Source: Thermoanaerobaculia bacterium | GTDB taxonomy: Bacteria > Acidobacteriota > Thermoanaerobaculia > Multivoradales > UBA5704 | Direction: 5' to 3' | Length of the DNA stretch: 64,000 nt | NCBI GenBank assembly: GCA_044226625.1 | Contig: JBGAGQ010000018.1 | Location: forward strand, 33,616 to 97,615 | Shown: positions 1-11,757 of the stretch, in pieces | Layout of the letters: every line of letters starts with the position of its first letter | Position numbering within the stretch: the first letter of the stretch is position 1 | Made by a program: the position numbers and the translations under genes | The notes under the pieces: model-generated | Seen by the model: only the letters and a program-made list of their open reading frames with translations | Database searches by the model: none | What the model was told of the DNA's origin: nothing

Positions 1-873
1 GCTCGACAGATAAACGTCGAGCATGCCGCCGGCGAGCTCGCGATAGGTCTCGATCACGTCGATCGCCTGCACCACGTGGTCGTAGCAGTCGCGTAGGAAG
101 ACGCGGGTCTCGGCCGTGATCAGCTCCGAGCCGTCGCGCAAGATCGCGTTCAGGAGGTCGCGCTCCGGCCAGGCGGCGCGGCGCAACATCAAGAGGTCGC
201 GCTTGATCTTGTGAATCTGGTTCAGCAACCCCGGGGAGGGGCGGCCGATCAGCTCGTTCTCGAGCTTCTCGACCTCTTCGCCGTAACGTTCGAGGACGGG
301 GAAGAACTCGTCGATCAGCGCGTCGATGAGCGCGTAGGCGAGGTAGTCCGATCCGCGCTTACGAATCAAGCCGCGCCCCAGCCGGATCCGCTCCCGAACC
401 GCCTCCCACGAATCGCCGGGGATCTCCTGGAACGTGACCACGTAGCCCCGACCGAGGAAGAGGCTGATCTGCTCGCCGATCAGGTCGGTTTCGTGCTCGA
501 TCTGGACCGAGCGGAGGATCAGGAACTCGTGGTCGTCGTACGGCTCGACCTTCGGGCGCTGGCCGCAGTTGACCACGTCTTCGAGCGCGAGCTTATGGAA
601 GCCGAAACGCTCGCCGAGCCGGGCGATCAGCTCGACGTCCGAGAGACCTTCGACGTTGATCCAGGTGACGCTGTCCCGCTCTTTGTAGGCGAACGCCTCT
701 TCGATCCTGTCGAGGGTGCGTTCCTCCAAGTGATCCGGGCCGTAGTCGATGAGAGTGATCTTCACCGACCCGCCGCCCTCGGGGGCGGGGGCGAGGATGC
801 CGGGCGCGCTACCAGGGCGGAAGCCGGGGCGCTTCAGATGGATTCGACGACCTTTGGATCGAGACCGCGCCAT
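1..873 (-). CDS. corA: Magnesium/cobalt transporter CorA (3' end runs off the window)
   Basis: Not in the ORF track. Manual translation from ATG at 873 gives MARSRSKGRRIHLKRPGFRPGSAPG...ETRVFLRDCYDHVVQAIDVIETYRELAGGMLDVYLSS, matching the CorA 'FLRDxYDH...ExxRE...DxYLSS' region. Confidence 0.93.
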   Translation of the reverse strand, partial: MARSRSKGRRIHLKRPGFRPGSAPGILAPAPEGGGSVKITLIDYGPDHLEERTLDRIEEAFAYKERDSVTWINVEGLSDVELIARLGERFGFHKLALEDVVNCGQRPKVEPYDDHEFLILRSVQIEHETDLIGEQISLFLGRGYVVTFQEIPGDSWEAVRERIRLGRGLIRKRGSDYLAYALIDALIDEFFPVLERYGEEVEKLENELIGRPSPGLLNQIHKIKRDLLMLRRAAWPERDLLNAILRDGSELITAETRVFLRDCYDHVVQAIDVIETYRELAGGMLDVYLSS

Positions 874-884
874 GAGCCGAGAGG

Positions 885-1532
885 CTACAACATCGGATCC
901 GCGGACGGACCATCGGACGGATCTCGTGCGGCATCGCTCGGCGATTCGAGCGGAAGGCCGGGATCTCCGGGCAGGGGGAGGATCGGTCTTCCCCCCAAGG
1001 GTGCCGCGACGGGCGGCGGCGCGAAGGGCGAGCGGACCGCTTGCGCTGTCGGGCGCTCGCGCTCGATGCGAGCCTGGGTCTCGTGGACGTCCGCCGCCAA
1101 TTGGTCGAAGACGCGACGCGCCTTGCCGTGCGACCAGCCGAGCCGCATGCGGACCCAGCTTCGCCGGCTCTGGACCGAGATCACCCAGTCTGGGAGCAGG
1201 GCGCCGAGAACGATCCCCGCGGCACCCGCCGAGAGCATCGTGAGGGCGATGGTTCCGCCTCCGGCGTCGGCGATCGCTGGCGCGATCAGGCCGATCGATA
1301 GGCCGAGCAGGCCGAGGCCGAGCATCGAGAGGACGCTTCGCCCGCGGTGGAGGGTCATCAGCTCGACCTCTTGAAACAGCACGCGGTGCCGGACGATCCG
1401 AAAGAAGCTCGACGTGTCGACCTCGAGCGATGGTCCCCGCCGGTAGATGCGGATCCGCTCGACCAAGCTCGCGTCTCGGGCGAGCAGCCGGCGCTCGGCG
1501 ACGTATTCGGGAGCGGCGGCCTGAGCGGTCAT
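885..1532 (-). CDS. Hypothetical membrane protein (two TM helices, Pro-rich tail)
   Basis: 215-aa ORF with two hydrophobic stretches. Its ATG overlaps the upstream gene's stop (ATGA coupling). Confidence 0.7.
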   Translation of the reverse strand: MTAQAAAPEYVAERRLLARDASLVERIRIYRRGPSLEVDTSSFFRIVRHRVLFQEVELMTLHRGRSVLSMLGLGLLGLSIGLIAPAIADAGGGTIALTMLSAGAAGIVLGALLPDWVISVQSRRSWVRMRLGWSHGKARRVFDQLAADVHETQARIERERPTAQAVRSPFAPPPVAAPLGGRPILPLPGDPGLPLESPSDAARDPSDGPSADPML

Positions 1533-2161
1533 TTCTTGGCTCCCGCGCCGCTGAATCCCGCCGCTCCGGCAAACAGGATCGCAATGAGCGCAAGGGAGAA
1601 CAGGGTCATGAGCACACCCAGGACGATCGACACGATCGGCCCCGCCTTGCCTCCGACCTCGCGCCAGGCGCGCCTTTGGCGGAGCCCTTTGACCGCGAAG
1701 ACGATCGCAAGCGGGCCGGCCAGAAACGCTCCGCAGGAGAGCAGCCAGCCGAGGATTCCCAAGGTGAGCGCGAGCGACGAGGCGTCGAAAAACTGGGTCT
1801 CGACCGCGGCGAACGATCCCTCGCGGCTGAGACGGTCGAAGCAGTCCGGACAGAGGTCATGCCCTTCGAGCGGGATGCGACACAGCTCGCAGATGAACAC
1901 GCCGCAGCGCGAGCAGTTGGTCACCGACGCGTTGTTCGGGTGTTGGACGCAGGGTGTCGTTCCGAGTGCGGTCCCTTCGGGTCCGGCCGCGGGTTGGGGC
2001 AGTCGAACGACCGGGCCGGGAGGGGTGAACGCGACGACGGAAAAGGAAGTGCCGCAGAAGCCGCAGGTCTCTTCCGGCGGTCGCTCGAAGAACTCCGGCA
2101 GCGGCCTGCGGCATTTTGGGCAAAGCAGCGCGCGGCGAGGCGACGCGGCGATCAGGGCCAA
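1529..2161 (-). CDS. Zinc-ribbon/B-box plus DUF4190-like membrane protein
   Basis: CPKC..CGFC ribbon, CxxHP..CSRCGVFICELC..LCPDC B-box-like motif, and C-terminal TM pair 'LALTLGILG...GPLAIVFAVKGL'. Start placed at TTG 2161, overlapping the RDD gene end; start uncertain. Confidence 0.75.
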   Translation of the reverse strand: MALIAASPRRALLCPKCRRPLPEFFERPPEETCGFCGTSFSVVAFTPPGPVVRLPQPAAGPEGTALGTTPCVQHPNNASVTNCSRCGVFICELCRIPLEGHDLCPDCFDRLSREGSFAAVETQFFDASSLALTLGILGWLLSCGAFLAGPLAIVFAVKGLRQRRAWREVGGKAGPIVSIVLGVLMTLFSLALIAILFAGAAGFSGAGAKK

Positions 2162-2787
2162 TCGACCACCCGGGTCTTCGCCGCCATGTCGTGAATGCAC
2201 GTCCGCTCGGCGCCGAACGCGGTGAGGTAGTTGATGATTCCGAAGCAGGAGAGGAGGCCGAACGCCTGTTGGACCAGCGCTCGGATCCAGGCCTGGCTGG
2301 GACGCACGTCGCTACCGTCCGGCGATACGACCTTGATGCCGATGATCCGCTTGCCGAACGTCTGGCCGCTCCGCGCGATCTGAATCCCGTAATAGAGGAT
2401 GCCGGCGACGAAGCCGAAGCCCATCAGCCCCAACTGGAGCGCGAGCTGCATTCCGAGCAGGAATCCGTTCGGTTCCGCCCCCGGCTTCATTAGGCCGGCG
2501 GGGATCATGAAGCCGAACATCGCGATCATGGTGATCGCTACGAGCGGAATGCCGAGGAAGATGCCATCGAGGAGGATCGCGACGAAACGGCGTCCGATCG
2601 TGGCGAGCCGGAGCGGGCCGCCGGTCGCCGCCGCGCCGGCCTGCAAATCGAGGAGACGCTGTACCTTGCACTCGGCGCAGAACGGCATTCCGCCCAGCTC
2701 GACGTAGCAATCGGGGCAGAAATTCTCCGCGCAACGCGCGCAGCGAACCAGTCCTTCTTCGACCCAAGGATGGTTTTTGCAAGGCAT
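2152..2787 (-). CDS. RDD family protein with N-terminal B-box-like zinc finger
   Basis: CKNHP..CARC..FCPDC..FCAEC, then 'ATIGRRFVAILLD', 'GQTFGKRIIGIKVV' and 'IHDMAAKTRVV' (RDD motifs). Confidence 0.9.
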   Translation of the reverse strand: MPCKNHPWVEEGLVRCARCAENFCPDCYVELGGMPFCAECKVQRLLDLQAGAAATGGPLRLATIGRRFVAILLDGIFLGIPLVAITMIAMFGFMIPAGLMKPGAEPNGFLLGMQLALQLGLMGFGFVAGILYYGIQIARSGQTFGKRIIGIKVVSPDGSDVRPSQAWIRALVQQAFGLLSCFGIINYLTAFGAERTCIHDMAAKTRVVDWP

Positions 2788-2900
2788 GTGGAATTCCCGT
2801 AACGCGTGCTCCGCGCGGAAGTTCGTAAGAGGCCGATGATGGCGTCAGGTAGACCCGGATATGCTATCAGACGCCAGAAAGGCGAAATGGTTTACCCGGA

Positions 2901-3203
2901 ATGATCGCCAGCCCTCAGAGCGCCGGACCGCAGACCTGCGCCTACCATCAGGACCGAGGCGCGCACGCTCGCTGCGTGTCGTGCCGCAAACCCCTTTGCC
3001 GCGGCTGCGCGACGCCGTGGGAAGGAATCTTCCTCTGCGCTGCATGCCTTTCGGAGCGCCGGGCGACGGTCGAGCGGAAGGGCTCGTTCTGGGGGTGGGG
3101 CAAGCTTGGCGTGGGATTGATCGCCGCGGCGGGCCTCGCGGTTCTCCTGCTCGCGTGGGTGCTGGGACTCTGGGCGGAGCTGCTGTCGGGGAGCGGTTCG
3201 TGA
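2901..3203 (+). CDS. Small B-box-like zinc-finger membrane protein
   Basis: CAYH..CVSCRKPLCRGC..LCAAC followed by one TM helix. Stop overlaps the next GTG. Confidence 0.75.
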   Translation: MIASPQSAGPQTCAYHQDRGAHARCVSCRKPLCRGCATPWEGIFLCAACLSERRATVERKGSFWGWGKLGVGLIAAAGLAVLLLAWVLGLWAELLSGSGS

Positions 3204-4066
3204 GGGATCGCCTCGGCCTCGGCGAGCTGCTCGATCGCGCCGCCCAACTGGTACGCGAGCTGCCCGAACGGACGGCGCTCGCGATGCTCGCCGGCCTGCC
3301 GTACCGGCTCCTCCAAGTCTGGCTGTTCCATCGCCTGATCGAGCTGGGCTCGACTGCGACCCAGCACGGTCGTTACCTGCTCTCCCTCTCGCTCTGGTCG
3401 ATCGCGGCGCTGCCGCTCGCGTTCTGGGGCAAGGCACAGCTCGCTCGCGGCTGCTCGATCGCCCTCGCGGGGGAGGACGCCTCGCTCGCCCGGTCGCGCT
3501 TCGGCATCCCCTGTGCCGCGTTCCTCACGGGCCTGTATCCGGCGTTGGTGGCGCAGGCCTTATATCCCGCGTTCGGCTGGATGGTCCTCCCGTTGCCACT
3601 CGTCGCGGCCTACTCGGGTCTCGCCGCGGCGAGCGCCCCCTATCAGGAGAAGCCGGGCCTCTGGGTGCCCCTCGAGGTTCCCGCCCGCGGTTTCGCTTCC
3701 CCGGTGCTCCTCGCCGGGCTCTGGACCGCGACGGTGGTGGGCCTGGTGATCGCATGGTTCCAGATCTTCGTGCTGTTCGAGCTTGGCCTCTGGGCGGCCC
3801 AGACGGCGATCGGAGCCGGCGGGGTCTGGTGGCAGCAGGCGCTCTCTCCGTCGAACCGTTTGTTCGTGTTGCTGGTCATCGCCGGAGCGATCTTGGTGGT
3901 CGAGCCGTTCTGGATCGCCGGCCTGTCGATCTTGGTGCGGCGCGGTCGCGCGCGGGCGACGGGCGAGGACCTGAGCGCGTGGATTGCGGAGCTCGATGAG
4001 CTCGACGGGCCGGCCGGCGCGGAAGGGACCGCGGTCGAGACGAGCTCCGAGGAGAACGCCGCGTGA
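3200..4066 (+). CDS. Polytopic membrane protein of the MoxR cluster
   Basis: GTG at 3200 coupled to the upstream TGA. 'LGLGELLDRAAQL' N-terminus, several TM helices and 'GEDL' C-terminal motif typical of these cluster membrane proteins. Confidence 0.7.
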   Translation: MRDRLGLGELLDRAAQLVRELPERTALAMLAGLPYRLLQVWLFHRLIELGSTATQHGRYLLSLSLWSIAALPLAFWGKAQLARGCSIALAGEDASLARSRFGIPCAAFLTGLYPALVAQALYPAFGWMVLPLPLVAAYSGLAAASAPYQEKPGLWVPLEVPARGFASPVLLAGLWTATVVGLVIAWFQIFVLFELGLWAAQTAIGAGGVWWQQALSPSNRLFVLLVIAGAILVVEPFWIAGLSILVRRGRARATGEDLSAWIAELDELDGPAGAEGTAVETSSEENAA

Positions 4067-5145
4067 GGGGGCCGGCCGCGAAGGTGGCGATCGCCTGCGC
4101 TCTGCTCTCGGCTCTCGCCGTCCGTTCCGAACCGGCCTACGGACGGCCGTTCTCGGTCGAAGAATATCGCGATCGGCTGGAGGAGATTCGCGTGGGGATC
4201 GCGGCCGGGGAGTGGCAGGGTCCGGGTGTCCTCGCGCGAGAGCTCCTCGCGAGTGACGGAATCGCTGGGCCCGGCGTCGAGCGCGTCGCGCCGGACGCCT
4301 CCTTGCTCGGGCCCATCTCTCGCGCCGGCAATCTCGCCGAGGCACGCGGACCGGCGGGCGAACATCTCCGACGTTTGGGCCATCTGGTGCGGGCCTTGGA
4401 AGCGCGGGAATCCGAGGGGGCTCAGAGCGCGACGGCCGCGGCGGATCGAGAGCGCCTTGCCCGGCTTGCGGCGCGGGAGAAGCTCGCCGCGCTTCCTTCG
4501 GGCGGAGCACTACCGGAAGCGAAGGTCCCGGAAGGTGTTCTCGACACCCTGTCCGACTTCTTCGAACCGCTCGCCCGGATCCTGCGCGCGATCGGGCGGG
4601 CGATTCTCGAGGCTTTCGATCGAATGTTCCGTGGGCGGGGGAAGCCGAAAGCCCAGAGCCGGTTTTCCGATTGGGTGATCGCGAGTGCGGTGGCGATCGC
4701 GCTCGCGCTGGCGGGTGCGGCGATCCTCTACGTTCGGCGGCGCAAGCGACGCGTCGATCTCAAGTGGCCCGACGAGGCGCCCCAGCCGCCCGCCGCCGAC
4801 GACGATCCTCTCTCTCGAGAGGTGAGCGAGTGGGAGCGTTACGCCCATGAGCTCGAGCGCGCCGGCCGGTGTCGCGAGGCCGTGCGCGCCTGGTACCACG
4901 CGGTGCTGGTCGCCCTCTATCGCACCGGCTTCGTCCACTACCGGCGGGGACGAACCAACTGGGAGTACGTCTCCTCGCTCTCGCCGTCTTTGCCTGCGCG
5001 GCAAGGCTTCTCCGACCTCACCCGGCGGTTCGAACGCGAATGGTACGGACGAGAGGAGAGCGATCCGGAAGCGCTCGCCGCGGTCGAAGAGGTGGCGAGC
5101 GCCCTGCTCGAGGGCGTTCGCTCGCTCGGGGAGAAGGCCGCATGA
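4063..5145 (+). CDS. DUF4129 domain protein
   Basis: Signal peptide, TM helix, then 'REAVRAWYHAVL...RTNWEY...LTRRFEREWYG'. Confidence 0.85.
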   Translation: MRGPAAKVAIACALLSALAVRSEPAYGRPFSVEEYRDRLEEIRVGIAAGEWQGPGVLARELLASDGIAGPGVERVAPDASLLGPISRAGNLAEARGPAGEHLRRLGHLVRALEARESEGAQSATAAADRERLARLAAREKLAALPSGGALPEAKVPEGVLDTLSDFFEPLARILRAIGRAILEAFDRMFRGRGKPKAQSRFSDWVIASAVAIALALAGAAILYVRRRKRRVDLKWPDEAPQPPAADDDPLSREVSEWERYAHELERAGRCREAVRAWYHAVLVALYRTGFVHYRRGRTNWEYVSSLSPSLPARQGFSDLTRRFEREWYGREESDPEALAAVEEVASALLEGVRSLGEKAA

Positions 5146-6587
5146 GGCGGCGCCGGGCCTCCTGGCTCGTCGTCGCCGTAGCGGCCTACGCGGTCGCGAC
5201 GATCGTGTGGGTGGCGGGCGACCGGCGGGCCGAACGGGACGCGTTCGAAAATCCCGGCTCGAGCCTCGATCGCACCGCCGCGGGTACCTCGCTTGCCCGC
5301 GCGTTCCTCGCCGAGCGGGCCGGTCCGGGCGGCCGGGTCGAGACCCTCCTGCGCCGCATCGAGCCCGAGGATCTGGCGGCCGACGCGGTCGTCTTCCGCC
5401 TGGCGCCCCCCGTGGCTCCCTCCTTCCTCAGCGTCGAGGAGCTCGAGAAGCGGTTGAGCGAAAAGAAGGACGGCGACCCAAGGGACGGCAAGGATGACGG
5501 CAAGAAGGGCGGCACGGGCGTCGACTCCGAGGGCGAGAAGAGCGGCGACGAAGCCCCGAAAGGCTCGCCGCCCGCGGGGAACGTCGCTCCCGACCCAAAC
5601 ACCCCGAACGAGCCGGCGGCCGGCCCGGAAAAAGGAATCGGCGAGCGAGCGAAGGCCAAGGAAGCGCGCTCCAAACCCCCGAAGAAGACCGAGGGCGACG
5701 ACGAGCCGGGCGAGGACGACGAGGGAGAAGAGGAGGAGCCCGCGCGTCCCGATCCTCTGCTCGCCGACGGTGAGGAGGCTTGGGTGCGGGCGGGGGGGCG
5801 GTTGGTGTTGGCGGTGGGCGGCGGGTATGGCCCTGTGCAGGTCGAAGAGCTCGAGGGAAAGGCCTCGATGGCCAAGGTTTTCCCCCTCTGGCCGGGCGTT
5901 CGGAAGCTCCAGCCGGAATCCGTCCGCGCTCTCGGCGGCTCGCCCGTTGCGGTTGGTACCGCCGTCTTCGTCGCCCAGGAGCGGCCGGTGATCTCGCGGA
6001 TCATGATCGGGAGCGGCGAGGTGATCCTGATCGCGATTCCCGAGATCTTCGCCAACGAGCGTCTCGCCGCCGGAGACCACCTCGCGCTGCTCCAGGCGCT
6101 CGCCGGTCCTCCGGGGGCTCGGCCGGTCTATTTCGACGAGTGGAGCCACGGCTTCGCGCGGTCGAAAGGGACGCTCGCCCTCGCGCTGAGCTGGGGTTTC
6201 GGCCCCGCCTTGGGACTCGCCCTCGTCGCCCTGGCCGCCGGATTCTGGCGCGCCTGGAGGCCGATCGGCCCGCCCGAGCGCGAGGACCCCGATTTGCGGA
6301 GCGAGGCGGTCGATCTGGTCGGCGCGCTCGGCGAGCTGTACGACCGCGCGCTTCGCCGGGTGGACGCGCTACGGCTCCATTACGACAATCTGGTCCGCAC
6401 GGTCGCGGCCGAGACGGGGCTCTCGGGCGCCGCGCTCGCCGCTCGAATTGCGGCTCTGCTGCCCGGCTTTTCGCCGCCCGCCCCGGGCGCGGCGGAGATC
6501 TCGCGCGAAGAGCTGCGCCAGAAGTTACGGCTCGTCAATGACGCTTTCGGGAGGATCGATGTCCGAACCCATGCACGCCGGCGCTGA
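5142..6587 (+). CDS. DUF4350-like domain protein with charged low-complexity insert
   Basis: ATG at 5142 coupled to the upstream stop. 'SSLDRTAAGT', 'WVRAGGRLVLA', 'IFANERL', 'VYFDEWSHG' and a C-terminal TM segment. Confidence 0.8.
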   Translation: MRRRRASWLVVAVAAYAVATIVWVAGDRRAERDAFENPGSSLDRTAAGTSLARAFLAERAGPGGRVETLLRRIEPEDLAADAVVFRLAPPVAPSFLSVEELEKRLSEKKDGDPRDGKDDGKKGGTGVDSEGEKSGDEAPKGSPPAGNVAPDPNTPNEPAAGPEKGIGERAKAKEARSKPPKKTEGDDEPGEDDEGEEEEPARPDPLLADGEEAWVRAGGRLVLAVGGGYGPVQVEELEGKASMAKVFPLWPGVRKLQPESVRALGGSPVAVGTAVFVAQERPVISRIMIGSGEVILIAIPEIFANERLAAGDHLALLQALAGPPGARPVYFDEWSHGFARSKGTLALALSWGFGPALGLALVALAAGFWRAWRPIGPPEREDPDLRSEAVDLVGALGELYDRALRRVDALRLHYDNLVRTVAAETGLSGAALAARIAALLPGFSPPAPGAAEISREELRQKLRLVNDAFGRIDVRTHARRR

Positions 6588-7608
6588 AGCGCCGGGATCC
6601 AATCCAAATGCGGCGCCCGTCGCTGCCGCGCCGTCTCCGGCCGGTCCGTCGCCGGATATCGCCTGGGTCGGCCAGCGGTTCGCGGCCCTGTCGGCGGAGC
6701 TCGACCGCGTGGTCGTCGGCCAGGGGAGAGTCAAAGAACAGCTTCTCGCGTGCCTGCTCGCGGGGGGACACGCGTTGCTCGAAGGGGTGCCGGGCACCGC
6801 AAAGACGCTCCTCGCGCTCGCTCTGTCGAACTTGATCGGCGGGCGGTTCCGGCGCATCCAGTTCACGCCCGATCTGATGCCCGCGGACCTCTTGGGAACG
6901 AACGTCTTCAACCCGAAGACCCAGGAGTTCGATTTCCGCGCCGGGCCGATCTTTTGCGACCTGCTGCTCGCCGACGAGGTGAACCGGACGCCGCCGCGTA
7001 CCCAGTCCGCGCTGCTCGAGGCGATGCAGGAGCGTTCCGCGACGATCGACGGCGAGCGGCGGCCGATCTCGCCGGTTTTCCTGGTAGTCGCGACCCAGAA
7101 TCCGATCGAGTTCGAGGGGACCTATCCGCTCCCCGAGGCGCAGCGCGATCGGTTCCTGCTCAAGATCGCGATCGACGTGCCGACCGCCGAGGACGAGACG
7201 GCGGTGCTCACCGCCTACGCCGCCGGGCATCGCCTCCACGAGGAGGTGACGAAGCTCGTACCCGTCCTGTCGACGGAGGAACTGGTGGCGGCGCGCAAGC
7301 TCGCCTCGGAACGGGTCCGCGTGGAGCCGTCCTTGATCGCCTACATCCAGCGGGTCGTCGCGATGACGCGCGATCACGACTCGGTGCAGATCGGCGCCGG
7401 GCCGCGCGCATCGCTCGCCCTGCTCGACGTGGCACGGGCGATCGCGATCCTACGTGGGCGCGACTTCGCGACGCCGGACGACGTCAAGGAGATGGCCGAG
7501 CCGGTGCTCGTCCATCGCGTGATCCTCACGCCCGAGGCGGAGATGGAAGGGGTCCGCCTGAGCGACCTCCTGCGGCGGATCTTCGAGCAGGTGGAGGTCC
7601 CGCGCTGA
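6559..7608 (+). CDS. moxR: MoxR family AAA+ ATPase
   Basis: GHALLEGVPGTAKT (Walker A), RIQFTPDLMPAD, LLADEVNRTPPRTQSALLEAMQE, ATQNPIEFEGTYPLPEAQRDRF. GGAGG SD before ATG 6559. Confidence 0.96.
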   Translation: MSEPMHAGAEAPGSNPNAAPVAAAPSPAGPSPDIAWVGQRFAALSAELDRVVVGQGRVKEQLLACLLAGGHALLEGVPGTAKTLLALALSNLIGGRFRRIQFTPDLMPADLLGTNVFNPKTQEFDFRAGPIFCDLLLADEVNRTPPRTQSALLEAMQERSATIDGERRPISPVFLVVATQNPIEFEGTYPLPEAQRDRFLLKIAIDVPTAEDETAVLTAYAAGHRLHEEVTKLVPVLSTEELVAARKLASERVRVEPSLIAYIQRVVAMTRDHDSVQIGAGPRASLALLDVARAIAILRGRDFATPDDVKEMAEPVLVHRVILTPEAEMEGVRLSDLLRRIFEQVEVPR

Positions 7609-7625
7609 GACCCGAGCTGCCCGCC

Positions 7626-8991
7626 GTGGGCCGGAAGACGAAGAACCGCTGGCGACCGACCGGGCGCTCGATCGGAGCGCTGCGGATCGCCGCGGCGTTC
7701 GCGCTGCTCGCGCCCTGGGTGCCGTGGATGGCGGAGCTCGGAGGGCTCGTCGTGCTCGGTGTGGTGTTGCTGGCAGCGCGCGAGGCGCGGGCGCTACGAC
7801 GCCTCACCTTCGTCGCCGAGCGTCCGGAGCGCAGCGTCCTTTCGCTCGGCGAGGACGAGGCGGTCCCGGTTGCGATCCGAATCGGGGGGATTCGAGAAAA
7901 GGATTTCGGAGGTCGCCTTTCCCTTCGCTTGCGCCAGCTCTGGCCCGATCTGATCGAACGGCGGGCGAGCGCCGCCGAGGAGAGCCCGGTTCTGCGCGCG
8001 GGCTCGATCTCGGTCCCTTTCGAGTTGCCGGTGCGCGCGGTCCAGCGAGGCGGAGCCGAGCTCGATCCGCCATGGCTCGCGGTCTCTCGGGACGGCTGGG
8101 TCGAACGGCTGGCGCCCGCCGAGCAGGAGCCTCGGCAGCCGTCAGTCACGGTGCTTCCGAGCCTGCTCGCGGTTCGCCGGATGCGCCGTGAGCTCGATCG
8201 GATGTTCCTCTCCGGGCTCGGCTCGCGCGCCGCGCCGCGCCTGGGGAAAGGGCGTGAGTTCGACCGGCTGCGCGAGTACGTCGCGGGCGACGACCTGCGC
8301 GACGTCGCCTGGAAAGCGACCGCCCGGCATGGCAAGCCGATCACCCGCGAGTTTCGGCTCGACCGGGCGCAGGACGTGTTGATCTGCGTCGATCGGGGCC
8401 ACCGGATGGCAGCGCGGGTAGGGCCGATCACCCGGCTCGACCACGCGGCGAACGCTGCCGTCCTGCTCGCGTCGATTTGCAACCGGATGGAGGATCGGGT
8501 GGGGTTTCTCGGCTTCGACGACGAGGCCGACCCGAGCACGGCCGGGCTCGGCCAGGGGCGGGGGATGAAGCACCTACGCGCTCTCACCGCGCGCGCCGCT
8601 GAGATCCGCACCGCCGATCGGCCGACCGACTACCTGGCGCTCGCCTCGCACGTGCGTCATCGATTGAAGACCCGCTCGCTGGTCGTGCTGATCACCGTCT
8701 TGCCGGAGCTCGACGAGGAACGGACGCTCGCCCGAGCCGTCGCCCAGCTCATGCCGCAGCACGTCGCGGTGGTCCTGACCTTCGCCGATCCGGCGCTCGA
8801 GGCGGAGGCGACCGCCTTGCCGGTGGAGAAAGACGAGCTCTGCCGCACCCTCGTCGCGCGCGACCTCTGGGTCGAGCGCCGAAGGACGCTCGCCGACCTG
8901 CGGCGACGCGGCGCGATGGTGGTCGAGGCCGCGCCGGGCGACGCGGGGATCGAAGCGGTGAACGCCTATCTCGAGGTCAAGCGGCGCCAGC

Positions 8992-8999
<8 letters not shown>
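7626..8999 (+). CDS. DUF58 domain (vWA-associated) protein
   Basis: '[26 protein letters not shown]' and C-terminal '[12 protein letters not shown]'. Start approximate. Confidence 0.9.
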
Positions 9000-11748
<2,749 letters not shown>

Positions 11749-11757
11749 GGGCGGACA

